DNA of 64,000 nucleotides from Balanoglossus misakiensis (taxonomy: Eukaryota; Animalia; Hemichordata). Location: positions 6,525,097 to 6,589,096 of the forward strand of contig CM082598.2 of assembly GCA_040954595.2 (NCBI GenBank). Reading direction: 5' to 3'. This document shows positions 1-13,509 of the stretch, piece by piece. The translations under genes and the position numbers were made by a program. Each line of letters starts with the position of its first letter. Position 1 is the first letter of the stretch. The notes under the pieces are model-generated. The model searched no databases and was not told the DNA's origin. It worked only from the letters and a program-made list of their open reading frames with translations.

Positions 1-639
1 TTGCTGACATTTAAAATCAATAAGATCTTGAATTTCACAATGAATACATCTAATCGATTTTTCTTTTATCAGTAAATAGAATGTACGTTTCTCGAGTATC
101 GGTCCACCGACCCCACTGATATGTTGACTGTATACAGTAGCGAACTCATTAACAAAGTTATACTTTCAGCGCCTTTGGAAATAACTTTGTTATTGATTCT
201 GGCGCTTTATAAATGTTTGTTTTGATTGATTTGATTTGAAAGTAGTATTTGCATTTCTCATTGTTCATAATTTGCATAGTAATTAAATGCTATGTTAATG
301 AGTTCTTGTGTTTCCCAAACTTTTGAACACGGAGCAATTTCGATTCCTTGTTAATACTCAGCTGAGAAGAATGTCTTTCTCTATGAGAAAGTAATTAACA
401 TTCACATTTCCAATATTTGTCGATCATTTCGCATGACGCGCCGTGTCTTGATCCGATCCAGCAAAATTGGACAATATGTAACAATATGTATAAATGTATT
501 GATGTTTTGAACTTGGGTCGCACACCCCCCGTACGAAAACTATGGGAGTACCCTTCCCCCTACCCGGGGGTTCCACACAGGCAGAGTCACAGCTCTGAAC
601 CGCCGTCCACAAGACTGACCATATACCCGGTAAACGTAC

Positions 640-2435
640 CTGGTATGTTGCAAGTTGGTCCAATAAAGCGACTCCCCTCCCTGCAGATACAGGAAAAAGT
701 ACCGCTGGTAGGGTTTTCTAGGCACCGTCCTCCGTTCAAACAAGGTTGACTGGCGCACGGTCTTGCTCTTGCCTGAAATACATTATTCCGTCTGACTAAG
801 TATACTCACCCACATATACTACACATCAGATTGGCGTAATTTCCATGCAATAGCCACAGAATGATAATATTCAACGTATAGTAATTATGACGTCAAACGC
901 ATTCCTTTTAAAATCCCAATGTTTTACTCGGATATTTTGACACATTTTTTTGGAACTGAAAACCGTGGAAATTCATACAGCCCAGGAGGTCATATGGAAT
1001 AACAAATATGTTACTGTCGATGGGAACACCATGATATTCTAAAAAAATGGTTCCAACAGGGTATTAAGTACATAAGTGATTTCTTTAATGTCACTGGTGC
1101 TCCACTGCCCTGGCAGGTGTTTAAGGAAAAGTTTAACGTCAATGTAGATTTTATAACATATAGTGGCGCTATCTCCTCAATACCAAAGAAAACGGAAAGA
1201 ATCATTGAGAAATGGAAGTTCCAGCAACTGATGAAAATACACAAGAATATCTTGAAAAATATCAAATTCGAACAGGCACCACAAAGGAATTCTACGAGAT
1301 GTTTAAGCAAAACAAGTTTCTCCCACCCACTTCAGAAAAAAAGTACTCTAAAATGAATTATGCGCAAAACGTTAACTGGACAAAAATATGGAAACTGCCA
1401 TTTGAAACCACAAAAGAAATGAAATTGAGAGTTTTTCAATTTAAAATCAATCACCGCATACTAGCTACAAACCTTTTCTTAATGAATAATAAAATAAAAG
1501 ACAGCGATAGCTGTCAACACTGCAATTTGCAGTTTATAAAGCATGTATTCTGGGAATGTAGCGAAGCCAGAAAATTTTGGACCACCTTTCAAAAATTCTA
1601 CCAGTTTAAAACAAATCAAATAATCACACTATCTTGTCGAGATGTCCTTTTTGGTGTCCTTCCTCAAAACAGAAACTCACTATTAAACCATTTATTAATT
1701 ATAGCCAAGTACCATTTATATGCAATCCGTTTTTAAATGAGAAACCGTCTCTTGCTGTCTTCATTGAAAAAGTTAAAAGTATTGTAACCTCAGAAAAAAA
1801 TATTGCAAAGAAAAATGGAAATATCAATCTTTTTCACACGATAAATGGAAAGTAATCCTGCCACTGTGATGTCTTCAGATTCTCGATTATGACAATTGTT
1901 ATTCTTGTTTTTGATTTGTTTTTGCTCTTTGTCCTCCCCTTCCTTTTGTTTTTGTTTTTTTGTGTTTTTGACTTCCCTTGCTCTGTATTCCTTATTTTTT
2001 CTCTGACTTAAAAAAACATGAATCAAGCTCGATATTAGAAATTTTATGTGGTTAGTGTTTTCTTACCTCGATAAATGTGTACTGATCATTTCGACCGTAA
2101 ACCCAACCTGGACGGTGCTGCAGGTAGTCATAGTTCGGCGCCTCGGTCGGACAGATCTCACAGATTCTCTGAAAGGCTTGATAGTTGAACGACTTGCACT
2201 TCTCGCCCCGCCGGTAGCACATGTTGGCGCACAGAAGCACGTGGAAGCTGTCCCTGAGCATCGTCGGATTCGGGCACGAGAACGACATGTGCGGATGCGG
2301 GGTAGGGATTTCGCTCTGGACAAGGCACACCTGCGCCTCCGGGTCAAACTGGTCCCCGCTGTCGGGCGACGCTGCGACAGAACCCAGCGCAAAGGTGGAA
2401 ACTTGGGCCAGCAGAACCAACGCTTGCAAACTCAT
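640..2435 (-). CDS. Paralog A of secreted PAN-EGF-(TSP1...) mosaic protein; exon 1 (signal peptide + PAN, 2435-2067) and exon 2 (EGF, 772-640); gene continues off the left edge
   Basis: ATG at 2435 starts a hydrophobic leader MSLQALVLLAQVSTFALG, then PAN-like CANMC...CKSFNY...CEIC, ending at GAG|GTAAGA (phase 0). Exon 2 follows TTTCAG| and reads ARARPCASQPCLNGGRCLENPTSGTFSCICREGSRFIGPTCNIP, ending G|GTACGT (phase 1). Confidence 0.85.
880..2020 (+). mobile_element. 3' fragment of an L1/Tx1-type LINE (zf-RVT region) in intron 1 of paralog A
   Basis: ORF 1212-1736 has WTKIWK...KLRVFQFKINHRILATN...CQHC...HVFWEC. It is frameshifted and absent from copy B. Confidence 0.8.
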
Positions 2436-5202
2436 GGTTAAGCGCTGGCGGGCGTTGGCTAATGTGTTAAAACTTGTCAAAGCCCTAGAGTTTTACTCCT
2501 GCGTGTTTCGGGGTAATTACCTACTCGATAACCATAAGCTCAATGAGCATAGGCGTATTTACTCATCAACCTATGAAATTAAAAGTAATTTAGATGTTTA
2601 GTTAGGCCTACCCAGTGTGGCCGGAACAGCCCACGATATTTGCATCAATGCTGTCCTCATGCGAAACGCAAAGGGAAGTGTTCCACTGCGTTGAACTCAG
2701 GTTAATAAAACGAAAAAAAACGTGTCAGGATTCACGTCTTCCTGGAGTCAAAGTGAATAAAGACTTATAATATGCGCGACTCTGTAACATTCACAGACAA
2801 CTGTCACTACTTATTACGTCTAAACAAGTCATATGTGCATTCATACTCGGGGGGGGGGGTATTCGGGTCAGATAATCATTACCCCATGAAATGTTTTCAA
2901 ATACACTGATGCTTTTAAATTATTTTGCAGTTTACGGTACAGACAGGTAACATGTTTCTGTTGCCGCGGTAACCATTGGAATTAATTCCACTATTAATGG
3001 CCTTACAATTACCAAGGGCGTGTCGCGCAATAAATTTGCTCGTGTTTTATTATACGACACAATTTAATTTTCGTTATGTTTACCAAGCAGCTTCATCCGG
3101 TGCCGGTAAAAAGCAATTAATCATTAATTTGTTTTATATTTTGTCCGCAAATTAGAACAAAATTTCACTAAGACAATAATAGGTATCACGGAGAACAATA
3201 TACGATGTAATGTAAACATGGCTCTCATTGGTCAATAAATACGAGCATTGTGATTGGACGAAAGCTCTTTCCAACATTACAACCCTGAAGCCTGTGTTTG
3301 TTTGCCCGCCTGCCTGCCTGCCTGTCTCCCTCTCTGACTTTCCAGCAATTTCAGAGTATCTATCTGCCTTATATCCCGCCCACCTTTGGCCTTGCCCTCT
3401 TCGCTTCAGTGCAGAATTCACCTGAACCGAAAACCAACTCTACTTATTTAAGGATGTACGCGTAGAACATAAACCGGAAACTGCGCGCACCCGTCTTTTC
3501 CCCGTAGCATTATATTGAAAATCGCCAGAAAACAAACTTCTACTATTGTCATTTTCACGAAATTTCACATAAAGCTCAGTCCAGCAAATATAAATTCATT
3601 GGTCAAATAAAATACAGGGGTCACCGCGCTCTATTTTGAGATAAATTGCGTTAAAAATGGTGGTGTGTGTCGCTACACTATTTGAAACCGTTCCCGCGTG
3701 GCCCGTGAAAATATCATCGGCACCATAAAACATGTCAGTATAGCGCCGCCGTGGCTATGTAAATGTATTGTAGAAACCAGAAATAATTTATAAGACACGT
3801 TCTTGGGAATCGACGATGATTTTGATCGTGTACTGATTTATGCCTTTTCATTAAAACACTGAATTGATACCTGTCGACAACTCAACGAGCGATGTCTTTG
3901 ATCAATCAATGGTCAACGGGGTAGAAAAGTTTGAGGGTAGTAACGATTGAAACCGTTACAAACATCGTCTTAACAGGAAGGAACAATGTCTTTCTTTTGT
4001 TGTCTCATACAAAATGGCTACAAAATGGCTACAAACATGTATCGCATGCAAAAATGCCATATTATTTGATTTCCTTTGAATTTATAGATCACGACTTTCC
4101 TCTGATGTATTTTGCATAAAGTGCCCATCATCTTCCTCGCTTACATTGCCGAATCACCAGCTTGGACAACAACGTCATGGTAAACAAATCTTTCGTTTTT
4201 GTTGGGTTTCATGGCGGGAGTGGTGGCGGAAACGCAACAATGTTTGTGGCCTTTTTGGTCAGATAATAATATCACATACCTTGTACATTGTAATTGCTAA
4301 TCCATGGCACTCCATTTGTTGTACAAAGATATGCCTTCCAATACGGCATTCACCAGGTGTTGTTGGTTCGAGCAACCTAATTACCAGGTGCGAAATTACC
4401 AGGTGCAAGAAACAAAGAGAACAATGAACATTAAATAAGGGTAATCTTGAGCGACCGCAAATTTATGGTACCAAGTGTCTCGAACGAGTACGCGTGTCTT
4501 GCCAGCATGCTACACCCAACAAGACGGACCCAAAGTGGCAAATACAAGGGTAATGGATTACCTGGTTTGCCATGGTAACCACCTCTGAAGACTGGGCACG
4601 AAAGAGGGAAAATCTTACTGCTCACAAGTCAATAACAACTTGAAATTTTGAATCCTAGCTGGAGACGATTCTCGAGGACCCCCTGCTCACCGTCTGCTGG
4701 CATCTCGCTATGTCATGTGATAGAGCGCCCTCACGTTACAGTATGGGATAACCAAAGGTGGATTTCGAAGCTCTGACCCCCCCCCCCCCCAAGACCTCTC
4801 TCACTCTTTCTTTCTGACTCGCTCTTTCTCTCTCTCTCTCCCTCTCTCTCATACTCTCTCTCCATCAAAAATTCCGTCGTGAATATTAATAGGGCGCCAC
4901 CAAGGTTAAATGTATTATTACTATTGTTTCCCTTCGATGACTTTGCGTCCACGTGACAAGCAATCATGCCATGTCCCCGAATGAGCAGACGCGGATAATT
5001 TCTATTTGCCGACCATTACCACGACACACTCTGAGGCAACACTAGTACTCTGTTAGATTGCACAATACAATATTAGAATATTTTGACTCAAACCACCGTG
5101 AGCCATACTTTTTAATTGGAGGGATATATGGAGCAGTCGAGACCGGTTTGAGGCCTGTATGTATATGTATATTGAAAAAATGAAAACGATTGTAGACAAT
5201 TC

Positions 5203-5560
5203 GACACAAAACAGACGTTCTATTTCTAGTAAATGAAAGTACACGTAAATTTGACTTGAATACATAACATCTTAAAGTTCCAATAGCTTACATTTTTTTT
5301 CTGATCATCATTTAACTTTCGACATTAGAATTGTCCATTTGAGTTAGTTAACTGGTAGGCACACATATCAGCAACCTCCGATTGACACAAAACAGACGTT
5401 CTATTTCTAGTAAATGAAAGTACATGTAAATTTGACTTGAATACATAACATCTTAAAGTCCCAATAGCTTCCAATTATTTTTTCATCATTTAACTTTCGA
5501 CATTAGAATTGTCCATTTGAGTTAGTTAACTGGTAGGCACACATATCAGCAACCTCTGAT
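5203..5560. repeat. Direct tandem duplication of about 181 bp
   Basis: gacacaaaacagacgttctatttctagtaaatgaaagtac...cacatatcagcaacctc occurs twice in a row. Confidence 0.9.
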
Positions 5561-6390
5561 TGTGGCTGTTAATTTAAATATGAAATTCAAAAATATATGG
5601 GTGTCGCACCCGTTTATTCAACTAGCAATTACAAGAGTACACAACTATTGTGGTGTGTGCACACGGGTAAAATATTCTCCACAAACTTTGGATTGAACGA
5701 AATGTTTGAACACTCGAAATAACGCATGTGTGCATAAGATGGTAAGATATGACGTGGGTGATATCAATCGTTTGGACGAACAAGACCGAGAGATTGCGTC
5801 TGTTGCTGCGGGGATGTGACGCTATTCTTCACAAATCCAGTAGTTCTCCGAAGATTTAGAAGATTCACAATCTTCAACTTTCATTCTCCTTTTTTTCTTG
5901 CCGATTTTTATCAGCTTTACGCAGCCAACCCCGTCTTCCGGCGGGTCTCCGTCAGCCCATTTCTTGTAGCCACCTGTATCACCGTCAAGCCATGCATATT
6001 GACGCTGTTTTCACACAGACAAAAATAAAACAAGGCGAAGTTTCAGTGAATCTCCAAAAAATATTTTCTATATTTTTGTATGTGTGAAATGTGCGCTGGT
6101 AGTGGCATATATTCATTTATCGACAATATTAGTGGCTGTTTAAGTGTATTTAATGAATATTTAATCCGCTTTAAGTCACAGAAAAGAAATTGTAGTGGCA
6201 TACATTCATTTATCAACAGTATTTATAAGTGGTTCCATATATTGTGTGTTATATACAGAATATCTAATCCGCTCCAAGACATAGAAAAACTGTATTCGGC
6301 TCTCGTAACAAATATTCCGAAAGAAATCATTGGAAATAAACAGTATAAAAAGGTTTCTGAGACAGGAAAGGGTGCATGGGGAAGTTGTCA

Positions 6391-8088
6391 TCACAATTTA
6401 TAGACTGCCTATAGCCAGAAAAGAGAATGCTATATACAGCGGATTGGGAGATCATCAACATGTACCATGTACACCTATACAGATTTGTAAATTAAATTTG
6501 TTTCAAATTACTTCACCGAAATTCGCATGCACACTTGTGAAGCGACGGTAAAAGTCTTTATTCTCATCACAAACAGACAGACGGACAGAGAAAAGGACAG
6601 ACAAACAAACAAACAACACTGCGATCATACCTTTCCATCAATTGTAGCTGTCCTCAACCCTATCCAGTACGGGTACTGGGCATCTATGTTAGTCAATTCT
6701 GTCAAAATATCGTCGAATTTGGTCTTGTTATCGAACTTGACCAGAGTACCGCCAATGTCCTCGCAATTATCTTTCGCGTCATGCCATTTATATTTCGATT
6801 CGCCCGCACAGACTGTGTACGATCCCAGTTGAACGATTTTACGGCAGAGATTCTTTGCTGAAAAATAATCACACACTTCGGTTCATTTTCTGCATAAAAA
6901 CATACATTCGGCATTGTTCAGGACGACCCTGCCGACCAATACATGATATTTCAAAGTCAATTGAAAATATGATTGTTTACCATGAGGTACATTGAAACAC
7001 AAAGTAACATGACAGACATGTACATTGTAGAAGATACACTACAGTGTTATACAAAGTATCAACATCATTGTTTGCAGTGATGTTCATTGTAGCAGTTACA
7101 CTTTTCGGCTTCTATGACTTGCTAGCAACTGTATCGTTTGGGACCAATACCAAGAGACGGAGGCAAATTTGGAGTCAAAGGAATATTTTTGAAGTCAAAC
7201 CAGGTGTTCATCTTTAATTCTTGAAGTTGGAAATATCTAGGGATTCTTTGAATGCCCGGGTTATGTAGGAGGACACTTTTTTAGTCAAATGGGCGTCGAC
7301 ACTTTTGAAGTCAACCCAGATGGAGACACTCGCCCTTTTATAAGTGGCTTGGGAAAGATTTCAAGAGAGAGAGAGCAAACTAGTTCGCGACGGTGAGACT
7401 ACACATACATGTACAGGGAATAAATCAGCTCTGCTGAAAAATACCACGAAGACGAGCGTTGCGATGTCGCTGTAGGAACATAAACAGCACAAGTCACAGT
7501 GACCCGGTTGACCCGGAAGTGTATCTCGGTCTATCCCACAACTCAATGAGACTTTCCAAGATGGCGGAAATACTATGTCACCCTCTATTCAACTAGGTGC
7601 TATGTGGTAAATAGACAAGACTAGTACCTACGTGAACATGCTGGATTAGGAGTCGGTTCCCACTGTCCTTCATTACAGGTTATAGTGTTATGATCTATTT
7701 CGTGAAAGCCGATAGTGCATTGAACGGTTGCCTCCTCGTCGTGACGCGTGATAGCATCTCCAATTAACTCCGTAACGATATTTAAATCCGCCGATGACGG
7801 AAGCAAACATGATTCTTTGGATAAAAAAAATGATATCCATTAAAATTAAATATTATATGGACTCATTAGCATATAGCTAAACCAGTCTGAAAACACTGCG
7901 CACGTGCACACACAACAGTGTAATAACATACATACATACACACATACACACATACATACATACATACATACATACATACATACATACATACATACATACA
8001 TACATACATACAAATAACATACATACATACATACATACATACATACATACATACATACATACATACATACATACATACATACATACAT

Positions 8089-8125
<37 letters not shown>

Positions 8126-11100
8126 ACACATACACACATACATACATGTATATTACCTTTGCAAACAGGCAGTGGATTTGACCATTCACCTTCAATGCAC
8201 ATGCTTGATTGTTTTCCGAACAAAGTGTAAAATATCTTGGCTGTTTCGTTCCACTCACACGTGAATGTCAGATAGCCAGTTCTTACAACAGTCACATGAC
8301 CATTCTCTATCGTTCCCGGATCTGAGCAGTCTGTGGAGCAAAAAACACCAGTTGTCACTTCAACGTTTGAAAACCATGTATGGACAATTCGATTGGCTCC
8401 TTGACTTGCGAATCAGATTTGTGATAGTTCATATAAATTCCATGCCAAGACAAGGCTATGAAGTTGAACATAGATAAGTAGGCGAACTGGACACCATGGT
8501 CGATTCATATAACATAGATTCTGAAAAAAAAGATAGTCTACAGTTACAGATGATCTGCTTACTGCAATGCACAAGCGATTTCCTACATGGCCTTTCTTCT
8601 CGATCAACGCCTGCGCAGTCTGCACCTCCGTCTGCAGGTGGTGGAGTGTCACACTTTCTGGTGCGCGTGCGCACATTCCACCCACAACTGTCTGGACAGG
8701 ATCCCCACGGAGACCACTTGCCCCATGCACCATCGCCTGGAAGAAGTGAAACACGAGCGATGGTTAAATAATACTTTTTATATCTTGATAATTCGTTAAA
8801 AATTCACGTGACGATAATCATACAAACTCCCCTACACTCCCTTAGTTGTGACAAGGCAATCTCATCACTACATGTATAGGCCTACATTCTATCTGCTCAC
8901 ATTTCAACACTCGGGCACATTTGTTACTCACCAGAATTGCACCCCACCGCATCTCGACGACGAGCACAGATATCTGCACCAGCCTGAGCTTCATGCTTGA
9001 TAGCCTCGATAATCTTGTTCGCTGCGGCCCCACTTACTGTCGATTGGCAAGAGGGAAAATGTGATAAAATCGAAGGAACATGGCCGTGCGACCTGTCAAT
9101 AAAGCATCTCAAAAAGGATAATCGCAATTAACAATATTTGGTAACTTAAGCGTTTTCCACATCACTTAGACCCAAGCTAAAGACCTAAAGAATCACCTCC
9201 AAGTTACATATACCCAAATATGAATGAATGTGTGTGGTTAAGTCCTACGCACTTTTCTGGCCCTCACTACCATAAACGACGTTGAATTTATTGTGATCAG
9301 TATTTACCTTCACAAATATGCACAAAACAAAAACGGTACTATCACTTTAACATGCTGTATACAATGTACCAAGGTTTGCATTACTGAGAGCTGGTCGGAT
9401 AATTAATATTCATGAGCTAATTAATATTCATCAGAAATACTATAGGGGCCGGACATAAAATTAAAAGACTCACCGAGGGCGCTGCGAGTATCACAAGGCA
9501 CAGTTTCATTGTCATGTCCCGTACACCCAATATCAACATTGGGAGTTCCGCCGAAGAGGCACTCGCGAGTTCTATTGCGGCGACCGACCAATCCGCCTCC
9601 TGGCACTGGTTCACATGGAGCCAGACTCCACATTGACCAAACTAGAACAAACAATAACAAGTAGTATGCTTGATCAGTTTCACATTGAACACAAAATTAT
9701 CACTGGGAAAACTTGCAAAAAGACAGCTACGTTTCCAACGAAGTGTGTTGTACGAGGACGGTAGGGCAATTCTGACTCACCCGGACAAATATGCATGTGA
9801 CACTTCTGGTAGTCTGTACGACGACTCGCACAGGAGTTTCCGCCATCTCCGGGGACCGGGCTGTTGCACTCTCGTGTACGGGTTTGATATCCGGCGTTAC
9901 ACGACGCCGTACAGTCGGACCAGGAGCTCCAATCGCCCCAGCCGCCGTCAGTAACTGGAGCACAATGAAAGAAAGAAAAAAACATAAACGAGAAACTTCT
10001 CATTTCGCACATGACTTAACATTCTTTATTCGCCTCTGCTCCATCTGAAGCCTTGAGTTGTTCAACATCTCTCGGAATATCAATCAACTTCTCATTAAAT
10101 CCTAAATCGCCAAGGAAACTCCATTGAACAGTTTTAATTGCATAGTTGTTGACATTGTAGTTTCAAAAGGGGCGATTAAAATGTTGGGTAAAACTAGTGG
10201 ACAGTTAATGAATGACGTTCCCCGAGCCCGAGTGACACTCAGCAACACACATTGCATACATTTAATCACGTTTAATTTATTAATAGAGAATAAGAAATTT
10301 GCTCCTCAATTTTCTAACTAGCAACACAGTTAATTTGCTGACATTTACAATCAATAAGGTCTTGAATGTCACAATGAATACATTTAATCGATTTTTCTTT
10401 TATCAGTAAATAGAATGTACGTTTCTCGAGTATCGGTCCACCGACCCCACTGATATGTTGACTGTACACAGTAGCGAACTCATTAACTAAGTAGTCTTTG
10501 CATTTCTCATTGTTCATACTTTGCATAGTAATTAAATGCTATGTTAATGAGTTGTTGTGTTTCCCAAACTTTTAAATACGGAGCAATTTCCTTATTAATA
10601 CTCAGCTGAGAGGAATGTTTTTCTCTATAAGAGAGTAACTAACAGCCACATTTCCAATATTTGTCGATCATTTCGCATGACGCGCCGTGTCTTGATCCGA
10701 TCCAGCAAAATTCGACAAAATGTAAATGTACAGACTGACTGCTACTTTCTATCTACTTTCTGGGGACATTGCAGGGTTGTTCTTTATTAAGTTTACTGGA
10801 TTTTTTTTTCTTTTGTGTATCTTTTTATGGAGTTGTTTCTGTTTTTTTAATGTTTTTTACAGTATGGGCATACAGCCTGAATTAAAGAATTAATAAAATA
10901 AATAAAGTATTAATGTTTTGAACTTGGGTCGCCCCCCCCCCCGTACGAGAACCATGGGAGTACCCTCCCCCCGGGGGTTACACACAGGCAGAGTCACAGC
11001 AACGAACCGCCGTCCACAGGACTGACCATATACCCGGTAAACGTACCTGGTATGTTGCAAGTTGGTCCAATAAAGCGACTCCCCTCCCTGCAGATACAGG

Positions 11101-12102
11101 AAAAAGTATCGCCGGTAGGGTTTTCTAGGCACCGTCCTCCGTTCAAACAAGGTTGACTGGCGCACGGTCTTGCTCTTGCCTGAAATACATTATTCCGTCT
11201 GACTAAGTATACTCACCCACATATATTACACATCAGATTGGCGAAGTTTCAATGCAATAGCCACAGAATGATAATATTCAACATATAGGAACTACTCGTT
11301 GACAAAATCCGAGAAAAGAAACTTAATTTTGGGATCTATATGGAAAATTCGACTACAGACTAGCAGTGTGTCTTTCACCGTAGTGGCGATTGTTCAAGCA
11401 AGATGAACTTATCATAAGCAAGAACCAACAAGAAAATGTGAAATATCATTTAAGGACACTAAAGCTGCCAATGGGAAAAATAGTAGAATTTCGGCAGCTC
11501 ATTGGACTTTAAGTCATACGAGAATCAGGTTCGTTGTTGTTGTTTTATCGAACGTTGTTGCTTTTTTTCCTTTGGACGTGTGACTGGTAAATTTTAGCAC
11601 AATGCAAGTCAATCATTAGCAACTTCAGCTTGAAATCCAACTGGTGTTGTATCCCTGGTGGGTAGGATCGAAACGCGGGAAGCTTTCTTTATGAATCAAG
11701 GTCGATATCGGAAATGTTATGTGGTTAGTGTTTTCTTACCTCTACCACTGTGTACTGATCATTTCGACCGTATTCCCAACCCGGACGGTGCTGCAGGGAG
11801 TCATAGTTCGGCGCCTCGGTCGGACAGATCTCGCAAATTCTCTGAAAGGCTTGATAGTTGAACGACTTGCACTTCTCGCCCCGCCGGTAGCACGTGTTGA
11901 CGCACAGAAACACGTAGAGGGTGTCCCTGTGCATCGTCGGATTCGGGCACGAGAACGACATGTGCGGGGTAGGGATTTCGCTCTGGACAAGGCACGCCTG
12001 CGCCTCCGGGTCGCACTGGTCCCCGCTGTCGGGCGACGCTGCGATAGAACCCAGCGCAAAGGTGGAAACTTGGGCCAGCAGAACCAACGCTTGCAAACTC
12101 AT
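6391..12102 (-). CDS. Paralog B: secreted SP-PAN-EGF-TSP1-TSP1-linker-TSP1-Sushi-Sushi-C-type lectin protein; exons 12102-11740, 11179-11047, 9954-9781, 9641-9474, 9036-8932, 8736-8563, 8330-8157, 7814-7632, 6857-6631, tentative last exon from 6408
   Basis: All listed junctions are GT-AG with compatible phases (0,1,1,1,1,1,1,1,0). TSP1 motifs WGDWSSWSDCTASC and WGKWSPWGSCPDSC, Sushi motifs CSDPGTIENG...GEWSNPLPVC and C...GQWEPTPNPAC, CTLD motif WHDAKDNCEDIGGTLV...YWIGL. The terminal exon is uncertain. Confidence 0.85.
7926..8147. repeat. (ACAT)n/(AC)n microsatellite in an intron
   Basis: Directly visible. It produces the spurious MYVC ORFs. Confidence 0.98.
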
Positions 12103-13305
12103 GGTTAAGCACTGGCGGGCGTTGGCTAATGTGTTAAAACCTTTCAAAGCCCTAGAGTTTTACTCCTGCGTGTTTCGGGGTAATTACCTACTCGATAACC
12201 ACAAGCTCAATGAGCATAGGCGGATTTACTCATCAACCTATGAAATTAAAAGTAATTGAGATGTTTAGTTAGGCCTACCCAGTGTGGCCGGAACAGCCCA
12301 CGATATTTGCATCAATACTGTCCTCATGCGAAACGCAAAGGGAAGTGTTCCACTGCGTTGAACTCAGGTTAATAAAACGAAAAAAACGTGTCAGGATTCA
12401 TGTCTTCCTGGAGTCAAAGTGAATAAAGACTTATAATATGCGTGACTCTGTAACATTCACAGACAACTGTCACTACTTATTACGTCTAAACAAGTCATAT
12501 GTGCATTCATACTCGGGGGGGGGGGGGTATTCGGGTCAGATAATCATTACCCCATGAAATGTTTTCAAATACACTGATGCTTTTAAATTATTTTGCAGTT
12601 TACGGTACAGACAGGTAACATGTTTCTGTTGCCGCGGTTACCATTGGAATTAATTCCACTATTAATGGCCTTACAATTACCAAGGGCGTGTCGCGCAATA
12701 AAGTTTGCTCGTGTTTTATTATACGACACAATTTAATTTTCGTTATGTTTACCAAGCAGCTTCATCCGGTGCTGGTAAAAAGCAATTAATCATTAATTTT
12801 TTTATATTTTGTCCGCAAATTAGAACAAAATTTCACTAAGACAATAATAGGTAATACGGAGGACAGTATACGATGTAATGTAAACATGGCTCTCATTCGT
12901 CAATAGATACGAGCATTGTGATTGGACGAAAGCTCTTTCCAACATTACAACCCTGAAGTTTGTGTTTGTTTGCCCGCCTGCCTGCCTGCCTGTCTTCCTC
13001 TCTGACTTTCCAGCAATTTCAGAGTATCTATCTGCCTTATATTGGCCTTGCCCTCTTCGATTCAGTGCAGAATTCACCTGAACCGAAAACCAACTCTACT
13101 ATGTACGCGCGGAACATAAACCGGGAACTGTGCGCACCCGTCCTTTCCCCATAGGATTACATTGATTATCGCTTGAAAACAAACTTCTACTATTGTCATT
13201 TTCACGAAATTTCACACAAAGCTCAGTCCAGTAAATATAAATTCATTCGTCAAATAAAATATAGGGGTCACCTCGCTCTATTTTGAGATAAATTGCGTTA
13301 AAAAT
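10336..13305. repeat. Segmental/tandem duplication, copy B
   Basis: Collinear with 1-3656, including the EGF exon, the PAN exon and the upstream region. Confidence 0.95.
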
Positions 13306-13509
13306 TCTGCCCATAGACAAACCATTGGTGAAAAATGCTGAGTCAGCAGTTTTCTTCTATTATCGACTAAATTCATGGCTCTGTATTTCATAAACAAGCG
13401 CGGTGACCCCTATATTTTATTACGGATTTTCTTTATACATACAAAGGAGAATCCAAAAATCTACAATTATAAAAATGACAATAGTTTCAATTTTACTGAA
13501 CGTACATAC
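13101..13509. mobile_element. Kolobok-like MITE (GGATGTACG TIR family); truncated copy at 3452-3656, full copy at 62250-62621
   Basis: Ends cgtacatac-TTAA and shares internal sequence with the TTAA-flanked copy at 62250-62621. Confidence 0.75.

Larger units (their letters stand above)
1..3656. repeat. Segmental/tandem duplication, copy A (paired with 10336-13305; 3678-4035 also matches 14377-14755)
   Basis: Near-identical sequence at an offset of about 9.7-10.4 kb, e.g. ttgctgacattta..aatcaataag at 1 and 10336. Copies differ by private insertions. Confidence 0.95.

Noticed and set aside
2052-2480. Stand-alone 140-aa secreted PAN proteins (also 11725-12147)
   Set aside because: The terminal VRKH-stop is read-through of a GAG|GTAAGA donor. 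The exon splices in phase to the EGF exon.
7846-8258. MYVC-repeat ORFs
   Set aside because: They are translations of an (ACAT)n microsatellite. Only 8330-8157 is a real exon.
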